This document shows positions 1 to 7,611 of a DNA stretch of 11,372 bases, in pieces (positions within the stretch are counted from its first letter, which is position 1; each line of letters starts with the position of its first letter). The stretch spans positions 1-11,372 of the forward strand of contig JBFRWD010000054.1 of NCBI GenBank assembly GCA_051439425.1, written 5' to 3'. A program made the position numbers and the translations under genes. Source of the stretch: Synechococcus sp. (GTDB lineage: Bacteria > Cyanobacteriota > Cyanobacteriia > Thermostichales > PCC-7336). The notes beneath the pieces were generated by a model. That model had not been told where the DNA came from, ran no database searches, and saw only the letters and a list, made by a program, of their open reading frames with translations.

Positions 1-27
1 CTAGAAGAAGAGGAGGATGATTGGTAA
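1..27 (+). CDS. Probable 3' end of an upstream gene convergent with cpeZ (...LEEEEDDW*)
   Basis: Frame 1 reads CTA GAA GAA GAG GAG GAT GAT TGG TAA, an acidic C-terminal-like tail ending 18 nt before the cpeZ stop. It is truncated by the window edge. Confidence 0.4.
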   Translation, partial: LEEEEDDW

Positions 28-45
28 AGCTCCTCCCCGAAGGAC

Positions 46-648
46 CTATCGCTTACCCAACATCATTTCCAAACGAGAGATTGCACTGACAGCAGTCTCT
101 TTTACGTAGCTGTCAATCGCTTCGTCATTCGCAATTTCATTCAGCGTGTCTAAAATGCTTTCGTCTCGAATCGAGCTGAGGGCATTCACAATTGAGATGG
201 CAACGGCAGGATTTTTCGCATCTTTGAGTCCTTGCAGCAAAATATCTTTTGCCGGTGCTCCAATCGCTCCCAAAGCCATGGCAGCAGTGATGTGCACTAC
301 CGGATCGGAGTCCTTGAGGGCGGCTTCTAGAGCATCGCTACCCACCTGCGGGAAAGGCTGGTCGGGATGGTTGACAGCAACTTGAGCCATGGCCTTCGTG
401 CAGCTGGCTTTTTCAGTGGTATCCGTGCTTTCGTGTAACTTCTGCACCAGGAACGGTACCGAGTCTGGGCCAATGACTCCCAGCGTTTTGACCACTGCAC
501 GGCGAAAATCCGTGTTCTCTTCATCTAAATACCGGATCAGCTCGGGGATAGTGGATTCATCCCGAGTTTCCGCAATTTCATGCATGGCGCGGCTACGCAT
601 ATTCGGGTTGGGGTGCTTGAGTTTTTCTAACAGAGTGTCGATAGACAT
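46..648 (-). CDS. cpeZ: Phycoerythrin lyase-associated HEAT-repeat chaperone CpeZ
   Basis: 200 aa with PBS-lyase HEAT repeats. The motifs LKHPNP, RRAVVKTLGVIG, KAMAQVAVNHPD, DPVVHITAAMALG and DSYVKETAVSAISRLEM match CpeZ as recalled. It lies downstream of cpeY in the cpeBAYZ order. Confidence 0.92.
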   Translation of the reverse strand: MSIDTLLEKLKHPNPNMRSRAMHEIAETRDESTIPELIRYLDEENTDFRRAVVKTLGVIGPDSVPFLVQKLHESTDTTEKASCTKAMAQVAVNHPDQPFPQVGSDALEAALKDSDPVVHITAAMALGAIGAPAKDILLQGLKDAKNPAVAISIVNALSSIRDESILDTLNEIANDEAIDSYVKETAVSAISRLEMMLGKR

Positions 649-822
649 TGCGGAATACTCGATTCAAAACAGAAATATATAGTGGTGGGCAAACATCCAA
701 GCAGATGTCTAAAACTGATTGTCTTGCCCCGTATGAGCTTTTAGCCCAATCAGCCTCTCACCCTTGCTGCGGTTCGCGATATCAGCCCATGCTGGCAGAA
801 AGTTGTCTGCCTACGACGATCG

Positions 823-2097
823 CTAACGGGAGAGTGCGGCTTGAGCTCGCGAGCGCAATAGGATGTCGTCAGCATCGATCAACGCAGCAATACCATCCGT
901 ATCCCCGAGCTGTTCGAGGGCCAGAATGGCACCGTATTGCAGGCCCCAAACGTTGGATTGCAATGCCTTGTTGAGTTCGGGGATAGCGTTCAGATCGCCA
1001 AATTCTCCCAACGCGATCGCAGCTGCAATCCGCGACTTTTGATATTGAGGGATGGTTTGATGCAACGCTTCGACCAACAGATCGTATGCCGGCAGATACT
1101 TCAACCAGCCAAAGGTTTTCAGCACGTGATAATTAGCACCGTAGTCGCTACTGGCCTCTCCTTTATAGGTATCGAGTAACGTTTCAGGAGCACTGTCAGG
1201 ATAGAGTTCGACCAGGGTTTGGATAGCGAGGTAACAGCGACCAAAATCGGTGTTGAACAACTCGCGAATCAAAAAGTCCAGTTTTGGAGCTTGGTCGTAG
1301 CTGTGCACGAGGTCGATATCGTTCGGATTATCCCGCACGACTAGATCGAGATGCGGTTGAACGTCCTCAAATGTCAGTGCTCCGGAGGCCAAGCCGTTGG
1401 CCCCCAAAATGCGGAGGGCACGAAGGCGAAACACTTGAGATACCGGACAACGAGCAATGGTGGGAATGCCAGCGCTGTAGTTACTGTCGATTGCATCTTG
1501 GATGCTGCACCGACGGGAATTGACATTCGGGCTTTGGAACAACGCCAGCCAGCGATCGAGCTGGTCGGTTTCTCCATTCAGACTGTAAAGGGCAGAGATG
1601 GCCGCACTGTAGAGGGGCTCTTCCGCTGAATCCGCATATCGGCGAATTCTGTCTGTTGCCGGTTTGTAACCCAATTTGGCTAGAGTTCGAATCACCGTGC
1701 GCGAGATCTTGTCTTCGACATCGAGCAACGCAGCCATTTCCGCCAAGATCTCGGAGTCTTCCGTGCCAATTTCTCCAATCGCATTGACGGCGTTCTCTAC
1801 CGTAAAACGATCGTCATCGGCGAGGCACTTGCGAATGTGGGGGAGTGATCGCTCAACTTCCAATCGTCCCAGGGTTTCGACCGCTTTCCGACGGGTGATG
1901 CGGTTGTCTAAGGATGGATGGGTATTTTCAACGGCCCGAATCAAAGCATCGATGGAGCGGTCGGTCGAATAGTTCACCAAATGAGAGGCGGCAATGTAGC
2001 GTACGTCATCTTCAGACATGTCTTCAATGGGTTTGTCCAATAAGGCGATCGCCTCATCTTCCGTCATGTCGAACATACGATAAAAACGCTTATCCAT
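823..2097 (-). CDS. cpeY: E/F-clan phycoerythrobilin lyase CpeY (alpha-PE Cys82)
   Basis: 424 aa. The motifs MDKRF, RYIAASHLVN, SLDNRITRRKAVETLGRL, CPVSQVFRLR, TDFGRCYLA, DYGANYH and QKSRIAAAIAL match CpeY. It lies directly downstream of cpeA. Confidence 0.93.
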   Translation of the reverse strand: MDKRFYRMFDMTEDEAIALLDKPIEDMSEDDVRYIAASHLVNYSTDRSIDALIRAVENTHPSLDNRITRRKAVETLGRLEVERSLPHIRKCLADDDRFTVENAVNAIGEIGTEDSEILAEMAALLDVEDKISRTVIRTLAKLGYKPATDRIRRYADSAEEPLYSAAISALYSLNGETDQLDRWLALFQSPNVNSRRCSIQDAIDSNYSAGIPTIARCPVSQVFRLRALRILGANGLASGALTFEDVQPHLDLVVRDNPNDIDLVHSYDQAPKLDFLIRELFNTDFGRCYLAIQTLVELYPDSAPETLLDTYKGEASSDYGANYHVLKTFGWLKYLPAYDLLVEALHQTIPQYQKSRIAAAIALGEFGDLNAIPELNKALQSNVWGLQYGAILALEQLGDTDGIAALIDADDILLRSRAQAALSR

Positions 2098-2156
2098 ATC
2101 CCGCGATTCAGTACTACCGGTTAAGCCTAACGCTGCGATCGAATTAGGCGATTGAC

Positions 2157-2223
2157 ATAAAAACCTGGGGACTCCAGATTAACGAAAGCCCGCGCGGACA
2201 ACCGTTTTTCCAAGAATCCCCAG
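2157..2223 (-). terminator. Long imperfect stem-loop plus U tract, likely cpeBA terminator or 3' stabiliser
   Basis: Arms 2165-2174 and 2214-2223 give 10 bp on the minus strand (one G-U). Inner helices are AACGG/UCGUU and GUCC-GCGC-GGGC, and the structure is followed by GUUUUU. Confidence 0.7.
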
Positions 2224-2279
2224 ATCGTTAGAACTAACGTTCTAAATTAGCGAACAAGTCGCAGTCTTGAATTCAAGAC

Positions 2280-2780
<501 letters not shown>

Positions 2781-2803
2781 TTAACTCCTAATAGATTTGA
2801 GAG

Positions 2804-2826
2804 AGCCGAGACGATTCGTCTCGTCT
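2804..2826. other. cpeB-cpeA intergenic hairpin
   Basis: CGAGACG-ATT-CGTCTCG (2807-2823) is a perfect 7-bp inverted repeat, extendable by 2 bp past one mismatch. Confidence 0.55.
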
Positions 2827-2867
2827 GTGAAATAAAGTGCTTAGAGCCAATGTTCGGCAAAGCCGTC

Positions 2868-3431
<564 letters not shown>

Positions 3432-3457
3432 TTAAAAAGTGAATGCTTTTTATAAAT

Positions 3458-3504
3458 GCTTGCTGGCCCAAAACTCGGACACTCCGCAAGCTGGAATCAA
3501 CATA
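3458..3504 (-). promoter_or_regulatory. Candidate cpeBA -10 element (TATGTT) followed by a 5'-terminal stem-loop
   Basis: TATGTT at 3504-3499 predicts a TSS near 3492. A hairpin at 3491-3458 (GCUUGC/GCAAGC plus an inner GUCCGA/UUGGGC helix) would start at about +2. There is no good -35. Confidence 0.35.
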
Positions 3505-3526
3505 GGGGATGGTCGCGCCTACTGGA

Positions 3527-3592
3527 GGCAAAATAAGAAATAAAGCAACAATCCGTAACGTTCGACACCGAATCGAACATCACGGATTGCTG
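3527..3592 (-). terminator. 20-bp hairpin plus U-rich tail (terminator or attenuator) upstream of cpeB
   Basis: Arms 3546-3565 and 3573-3592 give 17 Watson-Crick and 3 G-U pairs on the minus strand, with a 7-nt loop UUCGGUG, followed by CUUUAUUUCUUAUUUU. Confidence 0.7.
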
Positions 3593-3878
3593 GATCGCCT
3601 GTTTGAAGGAACCGAGATCGGATGGCCCCGTCGATGAGCCAGATATACTCCGCAAAAGAGCGTTACGTATTAGTCCGACAAGAAGGAGCTAGAGCAAGAG
3701 CTGAATCGCATGCCCAGACAAAAGGGCGACATACGTATATATATGAACGATTGAACTATGGGGCCATGGGGGAAATACGACAGACTAGACAGTCGGGGTT
3801 CAGTAGCGTTCTCTTCAAGCCGTCTCTCGCATCAGGCTACAGAGACAAGTCGCTGACGATCGGACGGCAGATTGGAAG

Positions 3879-3978
3879 TTGAGAGCGATTGTTACTGAAG
3901 AGTGCAATTCCTTGTAGGAGAATCGCACTGCAATGGCGGGGCGCACCCCAATTGGCCCAGCAACAATCGCTCACTCAA
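3879..3978 (-). other. Predicted three-way-junction RNA structure in the nblA 3' UTR
   Basis: The closing stem 3883-3897/3958-3972 is 15 bp (1 G-U). One branch is 3901-3910/3920-3929 (10 bp, 1 G-U) and the other is 3931-3954 (4+4 bp, UGCG loop). Confidence 0.6.
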
Positions 3979-3981
3979 TCC

Positions 3982-4173
3982 TCATCCTTGCTGGGGCCAC
4001 ATATCCATATCACCCTTGATCATCTTTTTGACAACGTTGTCTTTGACCATCATTTGGCGGAGAACTTCAATCAGATATTGCTGAGCTTGTTCGTGGCTCA
4101 TTTGCAGGACTTCTTGGGAGAGCACGTGCAACTTGAACTGCTGTTCCATGCTGAGATTGTTGTTGGATTCCAT
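3982..4173 (-). CDS. nblA: Phycobilisome degradation protein NblA
   Basis: 63 aa from the ATG at 4173 (SD AAAGGAG at 4190-4184; the ORF-track TTG at 4209 is less likely). The LSMEQQF...MSHEQAQQYL...QMMVKDN signature matches NblA. Confidence 0.92.
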   Translation of the reverse strand: MESNNNLSMEQQFKLHVLSQEVLQMSHEQAQQYLIEVLRQMMVKDNVVKKMIKGDMDMWPQQG

Positions 4174-4309
4174 CGGTTCAACACTCCTTTGGCGGGCTAG
4201 TCGGTGCAAGGGTCGAGAACTGCAAGCGGTTAACCATCAAAGTTGATATCGAGGAATTAAAGAAGTCCTTAAATGGATGCAAGAGAGGTAAATAGGTCAA
4301 GTTAATATG

Positions 4310-4338
4310 AGTCTACCCAACAAAACTTAACATTACAA
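4310..4338 (-). promoter_or_regulatory. Candidate sigma70-type promoter for nblA
   Basis: TTGTAA (4338-4333), a 17-nt spacer and TAGACT (4315-4310) predict a TSS near 4303 and a leader of about 130 nt. Confidence 0.45.
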
Positions 4339-4411
4339 CTTGGGCTTTATTAAGTGGCCGGACATTGCAGTGATTATGGCTGGGGTAGCTAGTGCATGTT
4401 GTGCTTAAGGC

Positions 4412-4433
4412 TACAAAATATAACTATTTTGTA
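4412..4433. promoter_or_regulatory. AT-rich inverted repeat, candidate transcription-factor operator
   Basis: TACAAAATA-TAAC-TATTTTGTA has perfect 9-bp arms and lies in the middle of the divergent nblA/cpcS spacer. Confidence 0.5.
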
Positions 4434-4664
4434 CTGAATTTCCCGTTGTATGCAGTCCGGAGTGGATTGGAGTGGAATTGCGGGGGATAGAGCCAGTTCT
4501 CATACATCGCTCTTCGTGGAATCAAGCAGTAGCTAGGCACGGTGATTCGTTGAACGATTTGGACGGCAATCTTTGACTCTGTGGCCATTTTGCCCCCGAA
4601 GAGGCTTTATCTTAAATGAGGGTGTTTAGCCCGTTTCAATTTGCAAGTCGCGGAGCACATAGTC

Positions 4665-5198
4665 ATGAATGCAATGGAGTTTTTCGCTTTGAGTGCTGGT
4701 CGCTGGCGCTCCAATCGCATTACTCACCATCTGGCGTTCCGGCGGGCTGAAACGGGGGAACTGGAGGTCAATTTAGATACTCTCGATGCGGACGATCCAA
4801 GAATTGTAGAGCTGTGCCAGCAGCATCAGTTCGATCCGGCCAAGGCGATGGGAGGATGCTACGTACAGTGGGGCGGAAAGATGGCATGGGACAAAGAAGG
4901 CGCAGACGAACATGCGGGTTCGACAGTGATGGCGCTGGTGGCAACTGACGATGTGGGGCGCAGCGGGCGGCTATTGCGCGAGCAAGGGTATGCAGAAAAA
5001 ATGCCCGTTGCTGGCTATTTTCATATGGATGATGATGACGGGTTGGTGTTAACCACCGAGTACGAAACGATGAGCGCTAGCGAGCGATTTTCGTTCTCAG
5101 GCAACGACATTCGGTTGCGCACCAGCACAGTGAAGCGGTTTGGTGGTTTCAGCACGGCATCTTTGTGCGTCGAAACTCGGATTGCTGAATCTGCTTGA
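4665..5198 (+). CDS. cpcS: S/U-clan phycobilin lyase, CpcS-I-like
   Basis: 177 aa from the ATG at 4665 (GGAG at 4652-4655; the ORF-track TTG at 4641 is less likely). Motifs are EFF.LSAGRW.S.R.THHL.FRRAE.G, LLREQGYAE, DGLVLTTEYETM and RLRTSTVKRFGGF. Confidence 0.85.
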   Translation: MNAMEFFALSAGRWRSNRITHHLAFRRAETGELEVNLDTLDADDPRIVELCQQHQFDPAKAMGGCYVQWGGKMAWDKEGADEHAGSTVMALVATDDVGRSGRLLREQGYAEKMPVAGYFHMDDDDGLVLTTEYETMSASERFSFSGNDIRLRTSTVKRFGGFSTASLCVETRIAESA

Positions 5199-5720
5199 GT
5201 ATTTCGCATCTCTTGCTGATAACGTTTCTGATTCCGGATGTGCCAAGCGTGCAGCTAGCGAGAGTGGCTTTGTGTTTTTACCGAGTTTGCTGGAATTGCC
5301 TCGGACTCACACATTTTGTCAAAAACTGACGGCCATCTGGAAATATTACGTTCTGCTCAGTACCGAGAGCGACTCGCTAGTTAGGGGCAGTGGCCATTCC
5401 ACAGCGGACATCGTTTCAGCGATGTCCAACCTAAGCTACGGATTGAAGCCTTTGTCCTAACCGAAGTAGCTAACACCTCTATACGTCGCGAAGATTATAA
5501 GATACGTATCTTTTGGTGTTACAGATTATTGCTTCTCCAATCTGCTGGCACGGTTTGCATAACTTTTACCCCTACCCTGATGTATGGATTGGTGGGTTCC
5601 GCGCGATACTCACTGTTTCAAAATGCTTACTTTATGCCCCTGCTCTTCAGTTCCTCGTGAAACGGCAGGATTCTTTTTTGCAAAGCCATACGAAAACAAG
5701 TATTTGGAGGTCTAAAGAGT

Positions 5721-6476
5721 ATGACCATTCCCTTATTGGAATATCCAGCATCCTCTCAAAACCAGCGAGTGAAAGGGTTTGAGGTGGGCAGTGACGATCA
5801 GCCTGTTATCTATTCCGCCGAGAATCTACTGTCGGAATCCGATATGGGAAACCTGATCGATGCGGCTTACCGGCGTGTGATCAACGAGCAGCAAATGACT
5901 GCTAGCAATCGCAACCCCTATTTGGAGTCTCAGCTCCGCGCAGGCCAGATTACTGTTCGAGAGTTTATTCGCGGCCTCGCAACTTCAGATACGTTTCGGC
6001 GGCGCAATCTTGAGGCCAGCAATAACTATCGGTTCGTGCAAATGTGCGTCCAACGGTTGTTGGGGCGCGACACCTATAACGATCGAGAAAAGTATGCCTG
6101 GTCAATCGTTCTGGCAACGAAAGGCTTGCAAGGTTTTATTGATGCCCTTCTGTCATCTGACGAATACCTCAAAAATTTTGGGGATGACACCGTACCGTAT
6201 CAGCGTCGGCGCATCATTCCTCAGCGTTCTGTAGGAGATATTCCTTTCGAGCATATGCCTCGCTATGGAAGCGATCGCCTAGCGACGTTAACGGCATTGG
6301 GCAATAACTACTCGGCGACAGGCATTGGAGCGGGTGGCGATCGATTGGCTTCTCGCCAGCGTCCGTTACCTCCATTCGTCAACAGAGTCGGTGGAGTTGT
6401 GGCCAAAGGCGGTGTCATTCTGGTTGGTGCACTGTTTGTCGCAGTACTGCTCGAGATACTGCAGGCTGCTCACTAG
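5721..6476 (+). CDS. cpcL: Rod-membrane linker CpcL (CpcG2-type)
   Basis: 251 aa with a CpcG-type linker domain carrying CpcL-like [23 protein letters not shown] and MPRYG. The C-terminus is hydrophobic ([15 protein letters not shown]). The SD GGAGG is at 5706-5710. Confidence 0.88.
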   Translation: MTIPLLEYPASSQNQRVKGFEVGSDDQPVIYSAENLLSESDMGNLIDAAYRRVINEQQMTASNRNPYLESQLRAGQITVREFIRGLATSDTFRRRNLEASNNYRFVQMCVQRLLGRDTYNDREKYAWSIVLATKGLQGFIDALLSSDEYLKNFGDDTVPYQRRRIIPQRSVGDIPFEHMPRYGSDRLATLTALGNNYSATGIGAGGDRLASRQRPLPPFVNRVGGVVAKGGVILVGALFVAVLLEILQAAH

Positions 6477-6540
6477 GCTTAATCAATTACTACGAATCAT
6501 TAAGCCAGACGAGCCCTTGCATGGGTAATAATGCTTAAAA

Positions 6541-6576
6541 AGCCGGCGTTCCTTAAAATTTGGCGCCGGCTGCTTT
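6541..6576 (+). other. cpcL-cpcG intergenic stem-loop (weak terminator or processing site)
   Basis: AGCCGGCG/CGCCGGCT forms 8 bp plus two U-G pairs on the plus strand, followed only by GCUUU. Confidence 0.55.
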
Positions 6577-6621
6577 AAACTCTGTATCAATAATATTCTT
6601 GCAATTAATGGAGTCTCTAAC

Positions 6622-7386
6622 GTGTCCATCCCGTTATTAAGCTATCCATCTTCCACCCAGAACGCTCGAATTGCAGGTTACGAAGTTGCTGGTGACGACC
6701 AGCCCGTTATTTTCTCTAGCGAGAATCTTTTGTCCGATGGAGATTTCCGCAATCTAGTAGAAGCAGCCTACCGGCAGATTTTCTTCCATGCATTCAAGAG
6801 CGATCGCGAGCCCTTCCTGGAGTCTCAGCTTCGCAGCGACCAAATCACGGTCAGAGAATTCATTCGTGGTTTGTTGCTTTCCGACACATATAACAAGAGT
6901 TTTTACAGCCTCAACAGCAACTATCGCTTTGTGGAGCAGACAGTTCAGCGGGTACTGGGTCGCGATATTTATGATGAGCGCGAAAAGCTAGCTTGGTCCA
7001 TCGTGGTAGCGACGAAGGGCAAGCAAGGCTTCGTTGATGACTTGTTGGGGAGCGACGAATACCTGGACAACTTCGGTGACGACATTGTTCCTTACCAGCG
7101 TCGTCGCAATTTACCCGGCCGCTCTGAGGGAGAGGTTCCCTTCAACATTAAGTCCCCCCGTTACAACGAGTACTACCGGGGAATTCTGGGCTTTCCTCAG
7201 ATTATCTTCACTTACGATGCCGAAGCTGCGAAGAAGATTCGTACCGGCACCACCACTCGTGCTGGCGATCCGGCAGAGTACTTAGCCATGGCAAAGAGCA
7301 TTGCTATGCGTGCCTCCGCAATGCAAGCTGTAACAGCCTCCAGTATCGGCGACTACATGAGCAAAGTCCCCTCTCGATCTCGCTAG
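6622..7386 (+). CDS. cpcG: Phycobilisome rod-core linker CpcG
   Basis: 254 aa with a GTG start and GGAG at 6610-6613. Motifs are [41 protein letters not shown] and LGFPQI. The C-terminus is hydrophilic. Confidence 0.93.
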   Translation: MSIPLLSYPSSTQNARIAGYEVAGDDQPVIFSSENLLSDGDFRNLVEAAYRQIFFHAFKSDREPFLESQLRSDQITVREFIRGLLLSDTYNKSFYSLNSNYRFVEQTVQRVLGRDIYDEREKLAWSIVVATKGKQGFVDDLLGSDEYLDNFGDDIVPYQRRRNLPGRSEGEVPFNIKSPRYNEYYRGILGFPQIIFTYDAEAAKKIRTGTTTRAGDPAEYLAMAKSIAMRASAMQAVTASSIGDYMSKVPSRSR

Positions 7387-7435
7387 TCTACAAAGATGGC
7401 TATCTGAAAATTGAGTTGGAATCTGGCCTTCCATT

Positions 7436-7463
7436 GACTCCCCCAAAAATTGGGGGAGTTTTT
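7436..7463 (+). terminator. Rho-independent terminator of cpcG
   Basis: ACTCCCCCAA-AAA-TTGGGGGAGT is a 10-bp stem followed by a T run. Confidence 0.85.
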
Positions 7464-7611
7464 CGTGTTGTTCGCGCGGGCGTTTGTGGATGATGTAGCA
7501 ATCCGCTATAAAGTCTGGAGTATCGAGATGCTTCAACGCCTTGATTTGCAAAAAGAAAATGCTCGAAAAACCCTCCATAGCGGATTGCCGGTTGCTATAG
7601 CCATTATTGGG

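Noticed and set aside
3686..3703. GAGCTA-GAGCAA-GAGCTG triple hexamer
   Set aside because: Short and degenerate, compatible with chance or slippage.
3622..3882. 86-aa plus-strand ORF in the nblA-cpeB spacer
   Set aside because: No recognisable motif or convincing SD, and it is antisense to the cluster.
3895..3935. Hammerhead-like CUGAAGA followed by a stem on the plus strand
   Set aside because: The required GAAA after stem II is absent (it reads UGCAA), and the G-U pairs favour the minus strand.
4174..4664. NtcA site upstream of nblA
   Set aside because: I found no GTA-N8-TAC at an activating position relative to the candidate -10.
5201..5234. G-box-like half sites (CTTGCTGATAA, GTTTCTGATTC) upstream of cpcL
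   Set aside because: Poor match to the CTTTNCNATTT tandem, wrong 12-nt period, and about 500 nt from the start codon.
5546..5561. L-box-like TGGCACG..TTGCATA
   Set aside because: It has mismatches and a 2-nt spacer rather than TTGCACA-N4-TTGCACA.
5140..5782. 106-aa and 89-aa ORFs in the cpcS-cpcL spacer
   Set aside because: They have non-ATG starts, overlap real genes out of frame, and show no SD or known motifs.
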